Shown: positions 20,499 to 29,708, counted from the stretch's first letter. The stretch is DNA of 64,000 nt from Candidatus Latescibacterota bacterium (GCA_965204375.1 OZ241986.1:2816001-2880000); one strand, 5' to 3'. The notes: a model not told the origin generated them from the letters alone. Made by a program: numbers and translations.

Positions 20499-20813
20499 TT
20501 ACACGACCTCTTGTTGCCCTTCCACTGGTACGAAATTAATCTCAATCCTTTGATTCAATGCGATTGCGATTCTTTGAAGCATTGTGAGTGAATGTCCTTC
20601 ATAATCTGCATCCTCAAGGCGGGCAATAACCGGTTGTTTGGATCCGATCAATTCTGCCAACTCAGTCTGCGTCAAGCCCGCCATCTTTCTGGCTTCATAT
20701 ATTAGACGAGCAACTTCTGCGTTGACTGTCTCTTCGGCAATCATCTGCTGCAATTCTTCATCATCGCCTGTCACCTCATCTATGATTCGATTTGCATCTC
20801 TTGTCTTAGCCAT
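20499..20813 (-). CDS. XRE-HTH antitoxin
   Basis: IYEARKMAGLTQTELAELIGSKQPVIARLEDADYEGHSLTMLQRIA. Confidence 0.9.
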   Translation of the reverse strand: MAKTRDANRIIDEVTGDDEELQQMIAEETVNAEVARLIYEARKMAGLTQTELAELIGSKQPVIARLEDADYEGHSLTMLQRIAIALNQRIEINFVPVEGQQEVV

Positions 20814-21192
20814 TGGTCACATCCCCTTCAAACAAATGCTGATCAGGATTTGCCTCAAAAACCCTCTTCCGCTCCACTGCGCGCTCCAAATCTCTGCGTG
20901 GTATTTGATCTTCCTTCGTTATGGCGTGAGCCAACACGCTGGCTTCCTGCCCATAAAAAAAGTACAGAATTCGATAATTTACTCGACCTCGCCGAATGCG
21001 TAATTCATGAATCCCTTGGTCCAAATAATCTGCAAGCGGTCGTCGCAGTTCATGGCCAAGTTGAGACAACATACGAATCTGAGCAACGCATTTCGCGTAC
21101 CCCCGACGATCCGTCCGTTTCAGTTCTTTCAACCAGTCCAATACTGGAATCCGCTTTCCGTCTTTATAAAAGAAAACACTTATCTCTGGCAT
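20806..21192 (-). CDS. RelE/Gp49-like toxin
   Basis: PVLDWL, GHELRRP.ADYL..GIHELR...GRVNYRILYFF, LAHAITKE. Overlaps the antitoxin start. Confidence 0.88.
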   Translation of the reverse strand: MPEISVFFYKDGKRIPVLDWLKELKRTDRRGYAKCVAQIRMLSQLGHELRRPLADYLDQGIHELRIRRGRVNYRILYFFYGQEASVLAHAITKEDQIPRRDLERAVERKRVFEANPDQHLFEGDVTNG

Positions 21193-21273
21193 CCGCCTAC
21201 TCACAATATGACCCATCTAAGCCTGTATAACAATATTATTATAAAAATGACTCTGAATGTCAATGGCCAAATC

Positions 21274-21390
21274 TGGAGTTATTCCGTTTTGGATGCTGTT
21301 GCCGAATTCCAAATTCTGTCTCGATGCAACTAAACATAGGGCTTGTCGAGCCTGAATTCAGGCCACAAAAAGCCGTTTTGACAACCGCAG
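21274..21390. repeat. Second, partial copy of the 20334-20430 IS-end/MITE sequence
   Basis: tggagttattccgttttggatgctgttgccgaattccaaattctgtc...gccacaaaagccgttttgacaac closely matches 20334-20425. No right inverted repeat seen. Confidence 0.7.
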
Positions 21391-21432
21391 ACTGGACTTG
21401 ATCGACGCAGGGCATTTTTGTGTGTGGTAATC

Positions 21433-22056
21433 TTATTGAGAGGGCGGGTTTTGTCTGACCCATTTCTCAATCTCAGGTTTCGCCACGTTGATGATCCGAA
21501 GAAGATGGTTGCCTATATCCTCAACTACGCGATCGGGATCGGTGTGCATCTTGATAAGGGTATGTTTATTTGTCCAATCTGTGTAGTCCCTATTGGAAAA
21601 ACTTAGAGGCTGATACCAAATCCACAACTCCGATTTCGTTTCCCAAGGGGGTCCGCTTGCTCCAAGTTCTTGTGTTAGCTGATTCCTAAGGATCATTGAG
21701 TTATTGACCGATATATTAGCAGGGGGACTACAAACTCCAATGTAAAAATCATCGGCCCTATAACCCTTAAGTAATATGCCTACCGGTTCCTTTAATACAC
21801 CAAATTTACTAGACACGCCAAAACGACGCTTCCCCTCAAGGGGCTTGTTAAGTTTTGTTTCCCAATCCCATTGCGACATGTCAAGTTCTTCGCAGATAAA
21901 GCTTTTGAGTTTCTCCAAAAAGGGTTTGATTATTCGACTGCGAATCTCCTGAGTCCTGGATATAATATCCAGTGCCACCTTCAAATTCTCGTTATTCTCG
22001 TTATTTTTAAAAACATGGTCCATAATAATTTCTGTTTCTCTTTTATTCGTTGGCAT
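21433..22056 (-). CDS. Hypothetical protein coupled to the PD-(D/E)XK nuclease gene
   Basis: GAGGAG RBS and ATG 22056 overlapping the upstream stop. AT-rich. 207 aa. Confidence 0.6.
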   Translation of the reverse strand: MPTNKRETEIIMDHVFKNNENNENLKVALDIISRTQEIRSRIIKPFLEKLKSFICEELDMSQWDWETKLNKPLEGKRRFGVSSKFGVLKEPVGILLKGYRADDFYIGVCSPPANISVNNSMILRNQLTQELGASGPPWETKSELWIWYQPLSFSNRDYTDWTNKHTLIKMHTDPDRVVEDIGNHLLRIINVAKPEIEKWVRQNPPSQ

Positions 22057-22837
22057 CTTCGTTCTCCTCAAAAGTAAAAGGTTCGTCACGAATGTACTCT
22101 CTAAAATCGTGCAAAAACCAGCGGAATTTATCGGACTCACATAGCTGCCAGCACTCCTCAAGCCATTCCAGAATATCTGACCTATATGAAAGGCAGTATA
22201 ATTCGCCTTTCTGAATGAGATTATCGGGGTTAGATTTAGATATGGTTTCGGGTTTTCTTTCATCGGGGGTAATGAAAACAAGGCAAAACTCCTCATTTTT
22301 ATATTTACCTTTGAGATGAGAATAGTAAGCCTCCAGTTGATCATTGTTTTCATGCGTCCAAGGCTTATTCTCAATGCCAATCCCGAAACCTTCAAAATCA
22401 ACAGTAATATCGATTCGACGAAGCTGGTTTTCGTTGTAATAAGTTAGATCTTCGCGCTTGACTTCTCGTTGTTTAATGGACAGTTCAGCTACCCGGGCGG
22501 GTCGCTTTTTCTCGAACAGACGCTTGAGAAAACAGGGCCGCCTCTCAATGGCTATATTAAAATGTTTTTTTTCGTATAAACGCTTGAGAAAGGCGTCAAG
22601 AAACTTGCCTTGCTGACCATGGGAACCATTGACGTTGAGCAGGCAGGCGATAATATCGGAAAGACTGTCTTCCCTGCGGAAGTACTTTTTATTGATTATA
22701 ATGAACTCGGAGACAACATTGAAATCCATTGAAAGAAAACGGTCCCAACGCCGTTTTTCTTCTCGATAGATTTGGAGCTTTTTGCTCAGGCTCGAAGAGA
22801 ACATCTCTAAACGCCGCTCGTAACTCTGCTCATCCAT
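22043..22837 (-). CDS. PD-(D/E)XK nuclease superfamily protein (PDDEXK_4-like)
   Basis: E..LSDIIACLL...GSHGQQGKFL, RRIDI, IGIENKP, DQLEAY. AAGGAG RBS. Low GC. Confidence 0.85.
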   Translation of the reverse strand: MDEQSYERRLEMFSSSLSKKLQIYREEKRRWDRFLSMDFNVVSEFIIINKKYFRREDSLSDIIACLLNVNGSHGQQGKFLDAFLKRLYEKKHFNIAIERRPCFLKRLFEKKRPARVAELSIKQREVKREDLTYYNENQLRRIDITVDFEGFGIGIENKPWTHENNDQLEAYYSHLKGKYKNEEFCLVFITPDERKPETISKSNPDNLIQKGELYCLSYRSDILEWLEECWQLCESDKFRWFLHDFREYIRDEPFTFEENEDANE

Positions 22838-23019
22838 CTCAGGTCTCCTTCCCGCTGATTTTCTATCTGTTTGGTTTTTCTCAATCACTCCTGATGAATC
22901 TGAAATATAACCTATGTAGTCTATCAAAAAATTTGCTAATATATTTTTTTGATAGACTGGATTGCGGCTCAACAGCGTGCCGCAATGACAACCGCCGTTC
23001 GTCAACCCCTAACTTTCCC

Positions 23020-23048
23020 TTGACCCCAAAAATTCAGACGTTTATACT
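23020..23048 (+). promoter_or_regulatory. Sigma70-type promoter of the arsC-like gene
   Basis: TTGACC-17 nt-TATACT, followed by AAGGAG RBS and ATG 23088. Confidence 0.7.
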
Positions 23049-23087
23049 TCCTATTGAGATATCCTTCACCGCAAAAGGAGATTTAAC

Positions 23088-23438
23088 ATGTCAAAAATCA
23101 CCATGTACCACAACCCCAACTGAAGCAAATCCAATGGCGCAATGGACATATTGCGCGCTGGCAACGTCGAGTTCGACGTGATTGAATACATAAAAACACC
23201 GCTGAGCGAACAGGACTTGAGAAAATTTCTCGCACTTCTGCCCAGTGAACCCAAAGACCTGATCCACCCCAGTTCATTCGAAAAACTGGGACGCGACATA
23301 GATGACTACAACACGCCCGATGCACTCGTCGGCTTGCTTTTGGAACACCCCGAAGTCATGAACCGCCCCGTGTGTATTCGCGGAGATCGCGCAGTCATTG
23401 CTCGCCCCTCAGAAGCCATACATGAACTTCTCGATTAA
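23088..23438 (+). CDS. arsC: ArsC/Spx-family (arsenate reductase-like) protein with in-frame TGA at codon 12; probable selenoprotein
   Basis: MSKITMYHNPN-(TGA 23121)-SKSNGAMDIL...EHPEVMNRPV...VIARPSE. TGA aligns with the catalytic Cys of the YHNPxCS motif. Strong RBS. Confidence 0.82.
23131..23161 (+). promoter_or_regulatory. Putative bacterial SECIS hairpin
   Basis: gcgcaat-GGACAT-attgcgc stem-loop (23137-23156), extendable by cca/tgg. The loop starts with G about 20 nt after the UGA. Confidence 0.6.
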
Positions 23439-23444
23439 AAAAAC

Positions 23445-23480
23445 AGCCGCCGAGACCTGAACCTCGGCGGCTATTTTCTT
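23445..23480. terminator. Bidirectional intrinsic terminator
   Basis: agccgccgag...ctcggcggct flanked by A and T runs, between convergent genes. Confidence 0.85.
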
Positions 23481-23494
23481 TTTCGTTTTGTAAC

Positions 23495-24283
23495 TCACGC
23501 CCCCTCCACGGCTTTCCTCAGATCATCGCCATTGCTTCGCCACCACGAATGCAAAATTGAGATATCCACCCCGATATTGAAATGTCGCACACCCATATCG
23601 AGATACTCCTTTGCCTCATCGGACGACATAATCTCTGCGCGGGGATGCACGCCCATACTCAGCGCAGTCTTAAACACCTCATTCCTCGCATCTGCCACTG
23701 CGGGATCACCGCGCTGCCCCGCCTTGCCAACACTCATCGAATAATCCGAAGGTCCCCATTGCACCATATCCACGCCTGGAACCGATAAAATCGCCTCCAG
23801 ATTTTCCACCGCCTCCTTCTTTTCGATCATCAAAACCACAACCGTCTCCCGCATCGCCTTCACATACTCAGGTCCCCCACCATATCCCATATACGTATTG
23901 CGCCGCGTGTACACACTGTACAGGCCGCCATCTTCCGGCGTATCTGGAAGCGTAACACGCACGCACTCCCTGGCATCCTCTTCCGTGCGACAATCCGTAA
24001 ACAAAATACTCCCAAAACCAGACCCGATCGCCCGTTGCGATAAAAAATACTGATGACTGCGATCAATTTTGAACATCATACCCATATTGTACAACTCGGC
24101 TGCACGGCACAAATTGTCGAGATCGTAGAGATCAAACGTACCGTATTCGCCAACGTATTCGACATAATCGTAAAGTCCCGTATGTCCAATCGCCTCGACA
24201 ATCGCCGGCCAACTCGAATGAATGCGCGTGCCAATGGTGGGTTCGCCCGCATCCAATTTTTCTCTAATCCTGTTGGGTTTCAA
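23495..24283 (-). CDS. HpcH/HpaI-family aldolase
   Basis: N..REKL.AG...IG, VLMIEKKEAVENLEAILSVPGVDMVQWGPSDYSMS. TTG start with AAGGAG. Confidence 0.88.
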   Translation of the reverse strand: MKPNRIREKLDAGEPTIGTRIHSSWPAIVEAIGHTGLYDYVEYVGEYGTFDLYDLDNLCRAAELYNMGMMFKIDRSHQYFLSQRAIGSGFGSILFTDCRTEEDARECVRVTLPDTPEDGGLYSVYTRRNTYMGYGGGPEYVKAMRETVVVLMIEKKEAVENLEAILSVPGVDMVQWGPSDYSMSVGKAGQRGDPAVADARNEVFKTALSMGVHPRAEIMSSDEAKEYLDMGVRHFNIGVDISILHSWWRSNGDDLRKAVEGA

Positions 24284-24318
24284 AATAAACTCCTTTGTGA
24301 GTGGTTAATTTTCCATTA

Positions 24319-25209
24319 TCACCCAAACAACGACTTAAAAACTCGCTTCGTCTTCTCCAACACATCTTCGGATAACACTTCTCCATCTGAAATTTTCACA
24401 TTATCTGCGAGATGCTCCACATTGGTCGATCCCACAATAGCAGTACACACATCTTCGTGAGAAAGCGTAAAACGCAACGCAAACTCAATCAGCGGCATAT
24501 CGCCCGCCAATTCCCGCAACGGCATCTGCTGTGCCCGATCCCACGGATCGCCCATATACGACCCCTCTGGCCGCTCCGACCTGAGATACACCCCGTTGGC
24601 AATCGGACGCTTGATAATCGTCCCCATATCCCGATCGCGCAAAGTCGGCATCAAATTTTCAGCCGATTCCTGAAACAACACATTGTACGTAAACTCCTGC
24701 GTATCTAAATCCCACCTCTTCGCCGCCTCAGCCGCAGCCGACCCATCAGCCGATACACCGACAAACTTCGTCCATCCCCTATCCTTTGCTTCCAACAACG
24801 CGTCAAACGCCGCATCCCAATCATCCGCATCTCCCGGCAGCCCGTGAAATTGCACAATATCGATCACATCCATCTTCAGCTTTGATCGACTCGTATCAAT
24901 CGTCCTCAAAATACCCTCGGGCGAATAATTCTTCACAACCTCGCGCTTGCCCCCATTGATCACTTGGTAATCGCCGCACTTTGTCGCCAGAACAAAATCG
25001 TCCTGCCGATGGCCGATAAACTTCCCGATCCGCTCCTCGCTATCGCCATACATCGCAGCCGTATCGATAAACGAGATACCCAAATCGAGCACCGTGTTCA
25101 GCACCGCTTCGACCTGCGATTCCGGCAGCGATGGATTTCCAATCTGCGCCGCGCCGAAACCGATCTCCGAGACCTGCAAACCCGTCTTTCCCAGCGTCCG
25201 AAATTTCAT
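24319..25209 (-). CDS. Aldo/keto reductase
   Basis: RTLGKTGLQVSEIGFG, FIDTAAMYG.SE, LATKCG, ALRFTLSH, IVGS. Confidence 0.92.
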   Translation of the reverse strand: MKFRTLGKTGLQVSEIGFGAAQIGNPSLPESQVEAVLNTVLDLGISFIDTAAMYGDSEERIGKFIGHRQDDFVLATKCGDYQVINGGKREVVKNYSPEGILRTIDTSRSKLKMDVIDIVQFHGLPGDADDWDAAFDALLEAKDRGWTKFVGVSADGSAAAEAAKRWDLDTQEFTYNVLFQESAENLMPTLRDRDMGTIIKRPIANGVYLRSERPEGSYMGDPWDRAQQMPLRELAGDMPLIEFALRFTLSHEDVCTAIVGSTNVEHLADNVKISDGEVLSEDVLEKTKRVFKSLFG

Positions 25210-25317
25210 CTCACTTTACCTTCGCATATTCCGATATTTGCACAAGCCACCCAAATGTCGTATATAATACAACCAAAATCCACCAAAACCACCAAAAAAT
25301 CTCCAGGACAAATCCAA

Positions 25318-26787
25318 ATGACACAACGCCCAAACATCCTCTTCTGCATTGCCGATGATCAATCCTGGCCCCACGCCAGTGCTTATGGTTGCCCCTGGGT
25401 CAACACCCCTGCCTCTGACCGCGTCGCACGCGAAGGCATCCTCTTCAACAACGCCTTCACGCCCAATGCCAAATGCGCCCCATCCAGAGCCGCCATCCTC
25501 ACTGGTCGCTACTCCTGGCAACTTCAAGAAGCCTGCAACCACCTCTGCTATTTCCCATCGGACTACGCCACCTATCCCGAACTTTTCAAAGACGCCGGAT
25601 ACGCCACGGGATTCACCGGCAAAAGCTGGGCACCGGGCGAACCGGGAACTTATTCAGATGGCTCACCGCGTAAACTCGTTGGCCCCGAACACAACGACCT
25701 CAAACTCAATCCCCCCACAAAAAGCATTGCCAATATAGACTACACCGCCAATTTCGCGGCTTTTCTCAATGCCAAACCCGATGACCAGGCCTTCTGCTTC
25801 TGGTATGGCGGCAGAGAACCCCACCGCGGCTACGAATACGGCTCTGGCGTACGCCTCGGGGGAAAATTCCTCTCTGACATCGACGAAGTACCCCCCTGCT
25901 GGCCAGCAACCGAAGACGTCAAAAACGACATGCTCGACTACGCCTTTGAAATCGAATGGTTCGACAAACACCTGAGCCAAATCCTCGACATCCTCGAAGA
26001 ACGCGGCGAACTCGACAACACCCTCATCATGGTCACCTCAGACAATGGCATGCCCTTCCCGCGCATGAAAGGCCAACTCTACGAAATAGCCTACCACATG
26101 CCATTGGCCGCCATGTGGAAAGGCGTGATCGAACCGGGCCGAATAGTTGATGACCTCATCAACTTCGTGGACTTTGCCCCCACCTTCCTCGAAGCCGCGG
26201 GCATCGACATCCATCCCCAAATCACTGGCAAAAGCCTCATGCCCATCTTCAAATCCAACAAATCGGGCATCATCGACCCGGAGCGCACCGTCCTCATATC
26301 GGGCAAAGAACGCCACGACATCTGCCGTCCCGGCACCGTGGGCTATCCCATCCGCGGCATTCGCGATCACCATCACCTCTACCTGCGAAACTTTGAACCC
26401 GACCGCTGGCCGGCTGGCGACCCCGAAGTCTATTACCGCAACATCGACGACTCCCCCACCAAAACGCGCGTCGTCGAAGAAAAAGAACAGGGCAATGAGA
26501 CCTACTGGCAACTCTGCATGGGCAAACGCCCCAAAGAAGAACTCTACGATATCCAGACCGATCCCCACTGCGTCACCAACCTCGCCGAAAGCGCCGACCA
26601 CCAGACCATCAAAAACGCACTCTGGCAAAAACTTCGGGAAACTCTCAAACAACACGGCGATCCCCGCATGGAAGGCCGGGGCCACATCTTTGATGAATAC
26701 CCCGTCACCAACTCAGAACAAGAACAGAGAGTCAAAGAACGGTTCCGCATCGCCAGAGAAACGGGTATTTTCTTTAAAAACAATTAA
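25318..26787 (+). CDS. Cys-type sulfatase (heparan N-sulfatase-like)
   Basis: RPNILFCIADDQSWPH, CAPSR, SDNGMPFPR.K, RP.EELYD. Real start is ATG 25318, not 24964. Confidence 0.92.
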   Translation: MTQRPNILFCIADDQSWPHASAYGCPWVNTPASDRVAREGILFNNAFTPNAKCAPSRAAILTGRYSWQLQEACNHLCYFPSDYATYPELFKDAGYATGFTGKSWAPGEPGTYSDGSPRKLVGPEHNDLKLNPPTKSIANIDYTANFAAFLNAKPDDQAFCFWYGGREPHRGYEYGSGVRLGGKFLSDIDEVPPCWPATEDVKNDMLDYAFEIEWFDKHLSQILDILEERGELDNTLIMVTSDNGMPFPRMKGQLYEIAYHMPLAAMWKGVIEPGRIVDDLINFVDFAPTFLEAAGIDIHPQITGKSLMPIFKSNKSGIIDPERTVLISGKERHDICRPGTVGYPIRGIRDHHHLYLRNFEPDRWPAGDPEVYYRNIDDSPTKTRVVEEKEQGNETYWQLCMGKRPKEELYDIQTDPHCVTNLAESADHQTIKNALWQKLRETLKQHGDPRMEGRGHIFDEYPVTNSEQEQRVKERFRIARETGIFFKNN

Positions 26788-26802
26788 ATAAGGAGAATTG
26801 AT

Positions 26803-27585
26803 ATGGACCTTGGATTGACGGGAAAAGTTGCAATTATCACGGGCGGCAGCGAGGGAATCGGCAGGGGAATCGCATTGCGGTTCCTAAAAGAGGGAGCAAA
26901 AGTCGCGATGTGTGCGCGACGCGATGATGTCTTGCAGCAGGCAGCGGAAGAACTTCGTACCTCAACTGGTGGTGATGTCCTCGCTGTCCCTGCTGACGTG
27001 ACCAAACCGGAAACGCTAACGAACTTCATCAACAGAGCGGTTCAGCATTTCGGACGGATTGACATCCTGGTCAACAACGCCGGCCGGTCTGCCGCGAGTG
27101 CCTTCGATGATCTGGACGACGATGATTGGCATGCCGATTTAGATCTGAAACTGATGGGAGCTGTGCGTTGCGTGCGTCTGGTCATTCCCCAGATGAAACT
27201 CATCGGCGGAGGACGGATTATCAACGTCACGCATCCGGGGGGCAAACAACCTGGCGCAGCTTCTTATCCAACCTCCGTGAGCCGCGCAGCGGGAATAGCG
27301 ATGACCAAAGCGCTATCTAAGGAACTATTGCCTTACAATATCCTCGTAAACACCGTGTGCTTGACTTCTATCAAAAGCGCACAGGGAGAACGCGCCTGGA
27401 AAGCGGAAGGTTCTCGTGGCACTTTAGAGGACTATTGGACTGAGCGGGCTGAAGAGCATCCGCTGGGACGTTTAGGTGAACCCTCTGATGCCGGGGCTCT
27501 TGTCGCCTTTCTCGCTTCGGAATGCGCTTCTTTCATCACAGGCACGGCGATTAACCTCGACGGCGGATTGTCCAACGTCGTATAG
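26803..27585 (+). CDS. Short-chain dehydrogenase/reductase
   Basis: ITGGSEGIG, DILVNNAG, PLGRLG, ITG..INLDGG. Lacks canonical YxxxK (has TSVSR). Confidence 0.9.
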   Translation: MDLGLTGKVAIITGGSEGIGRGIALRFLKEGAKVAMCARRDDVLQQAAEELRTSTGGDVLAVPADVTKPETLTNFINRAVQHFGRIDILVNNAGRSAASAFDDLDDDDWHADLDLKLMGAVRCVRLVIPQMKLIGGGRIINVTHPGGKQPGAASYPTSVSRAAGIAMTKALSKELLPYNILVNTVCLTSIKSAQGERAWKAEGSRGTLEDYWTERAEEHPLGRLGEPSDAGALVAFLASECASFITGTAINLDGGLSNVV

Positions 27586-27616
27586 TAACAGTGGGGCAGA
27601 TAAATGAGGAGTGTAC

Positions 27617-27877
27617 ATGAATTGCCCAAGTTGGTGGGAATGAGACCTGGGTTTTACAGCACATGTGGAAGTACGAATGGAGGAGTGAGGTTTCTCTGAG
27701 ATCGAACTGCGGACAATGCTTGATAATGCTTCTCAACTGGTTCCCGCACGTCGCCCCGGTCGTTGGCTTATTTATACGCGCCATGCGAGACATCCCTGGG
27801 TTGTGGTCGTCGAGCCAGATTTGGACGACAAAATTCTTATGATCGTAACCGCATATCCTGAAGAGGTGCATCTATGA
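27617..27877 (+). pseudogene. DUF4258-like (RelE-fold) toxin gene with two in-frame TGA stops
   Basis: GAGGAG RBS. MNCPSWWE*DLGFTAHVEVRMEE*GFSEIELRTML...GRW...WVVVVEPD...MIVTAYP. Stop overlaps the next ATG. Confidence 0.7.
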
Positions 27878-28143
27878 AAACTGTTTCCCTACAAATCACA
27901 TACCGCAAGGGCAAACCATTTGCGGCCTATATTTACCTATCTCATCGGTGCGGACAGAAAAGTGTACGCACCGAAGCGATAACAGAAGACCTGCTCATAG
28001 ACTACGCTCAAGATGGTACACCTCTTGGAATTGAGGTCGTCTCGCCCGGAATCGTGAGTATAGAAGAGATACAGGGTGTCTTTGATCATCTGGGGCTTGG
28101 CAGAGTGGAACCCATAGAGTTAGGACCGCTCAATGCAGCGTAA
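27874..28143 (+). CDS. DUF2283-like putative antitoxin
   Basis: AAYIYL, LLIDYAQDGTPLGIEV. Confidence 0.8.
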   Translation: MKTVSLQITYRKGKPFAAYIYLSHRCGQKSVRTEAITEDLLIDYAQDGTPLGIEVVSPGIVSIEEIQGVFDHLGLGRVEPIELGPLNAA

Positions 28144-28326
28144 CTGTAGTTTTGGACATGCTAATCTGAAACATTTGACAAATTTCATTATTTTTCTATC
28201 TTCCCAATTGACGACGCTCAATATGGTACGCCTCTTGGAATTTAGATCGTTTCTGCCCCCAGAATCCAAGTCAAAAAACAATCTTTAGGAGAAAAAACAA
28301 TGCTAAAAGAATCATTGCCAGAAAGG

Positions 28327-28780
28327 TGGAGTTACCCCGCTTCGGTGGAGTATTTAGGGCTTGTGTTCCAAACCTGTGATTGATGCCGTTTTTCATAAGC
28401 TATGGGTGCATGGTAGGCGATGGAAGAATGCCTGCGATGCGGATTATACCATCCTTCAATGCAGGAGAAGATGGCTAACCGAGCTTCCTTATGCGTACGG
28501 AAGCAACGGCGGTTGATCAACTCGCATTCGAGGGTGGCGAAGAAGCTCTCGCACAGCGCGTTGTCATAGCAGTCGCCAGCAGACCCCATTGAAGGACGCA
28601 CACCGGCCTCACGACAACGCTTTCCAAATGCTATCGAGGTATATTGCGCTCCCTGGTCAGAATGGTAGATCACGTCTTCGGGAGGGCACTGGTAAAGAGC
28701 CATATTTAAAGCTGACAAGACCAACTCGCTTTTCAGGTGTGTCGCCATTGCCCAACCCACGACGCGGCGGAGGAAAGGCT
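28327..28780 (-). mobile_element. IS3-family remnant: 3' part of the DDE transposase plus terminal IR
   Basis: RRVVGWAM, HSDQGAQYTS, SMGSAGDCYDNA..ESFFATLE.E, IEGWYNPHRRHSSI. IS3-like end tggagttaccccgcttcggtgga at 28327. Confidence 0.85.
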
Positions 28781-28837
28781 ATTGTACCGGCACTATCCTA
28801 CATAATTCCCCAAAAAATACAAATCTACTTCACCCTA

Positions 28838-29638
28838 TCAATACCCAATCCCCCGCAAATACTCGCGATTGGACTTTGCCGCTTCTGCCGGGGGTTTGGG
28901 TGGATACGGGCGGTCAAGCTCTACCGACACCCACCCATTGTAACCTACCTCCTCCAATTTCTCCAGTGCTGCCCGAGCGTCAAACCCCATATTCCCCGCG
29001 CCGAGTTCTGCGAATCGCGCTTCCTCATTAAACTGCCCCGTGCGGTGATTCCATGTCGCGGGATCATTGGCATGCACATCCTTCAAATGCACATGCCCAA
29101 TCCGATTCCGCAACACATCGCGTTCAAAAACCTGCATCGGATCGCTACCCGCCGCCAGCATGTGCCCCGTATCGTAGAGCAACCACAAATCGGGCGCAGC
29201 CGTCATCAATCTCTCAGCATCTTCAACCGTCTCGATCAACGTCCGCATATGCGCGTGGTGAAAACCCTTCACATTGTGCGCCTTGCAATATGCCAGCACC
29301 TCATCGAGAGAACGAGCCGCATTCTCAACATCTTCATCGCCCGGATCATCGCCACCCCACATCGCGCGACGACACGACGGCACCTCTGCCGCATCATTGC
29401 CCAAAGCGATATTGAACCGAACCCGGTCGAGCGGGCTCGGTCCCCCCACATTGACCAGATGCAAACCATTCTTCCTCGCCAGATTGGCTTTAGCAACCAG
29501 ATCATCGCCACTATCGATCTTCAACCCCTCCACCCCATCCCACCCGGCCTCAGCCACTTCTGCCAGCACCTTCTCGGGATTTTCGTGCTGCTCGCCCCGA
29601 AACTGAATCAAATGACAAGCCAGTCTAAATTTGCCCAT
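28838..29638 (-). CDS. Sugar phosphate isomerase/epimerase (xylose-isomerase-like TIM barrel, IolE-like)
   Basis: GWDGVE, HHAH, YDTGH, HVHLKD, FAELGAG, GYNGWVSVELD. Start at ATG 29638. Confidence 0.85.
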   Translation of the reverse strand: MGKFRLACHLIQFRGEQHENPEKVLAEVAEAGWDGVEGLKIDSGDDLVAKANLARKNGLHLVNVGGPSPLDRVRFNIALGNDAAEVPSCRRAMWGGDDPGDEDVENAARSLDEVLAYCKAHNVKGFHHAHMRTLIETVEDAERLMTAAPDLWLLYDTGHMLAAGSDPMQVFERDVLRNRIGHVHLKDVHANDPATWNHRTGQFNEEARFAELGAGNMGFDARAALEKLEEVGYNGWVSVELDRPYPPKPPAEAAKSNREYLRGIGY

Positions 29639-29658
29639 ACTTGCGTCCTTTCTAAAAG

Positions 29659-29708
29659 CGGGCGACCACAGGGAGTCGCCCCTACAATTAATTACTTCAC
29701 ACTTCATC
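29659..29708 (-). repeat. GTAG-type REP-like palindrome preceded by GAAGTGT-type 7-mers
   Basis: Minus strand gatgaagtgtgaag...gtaggggcgactccctgtggtcgcccg, near-identical to 52270-52319. Confidence 0.8.

Noticed and set aside
13841-21390. Integron cassette array explaining the clustered TA genes
   Set aside because: No integrase and no convincing attC (RYYYAAC...GTTRRRY) sites were seen, and the modules carry their own promoters in both orientations.
24964-25317. N-terminal extension of the sulfatase in the ORF track
   Set aside because: It overlaps the divergent aldo/keto reductase. Promoter-like boxes and an AGGA RBS point to ATG 25318.
23088-27877. Genome-wide UGA reassignment (genetic code 4 or 25)
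   Set aside because: Many well-supported genes end in TGA at family-typical lengths and Trp is encoded by TGG throughout. Only isolated in-frame TGAs occur.
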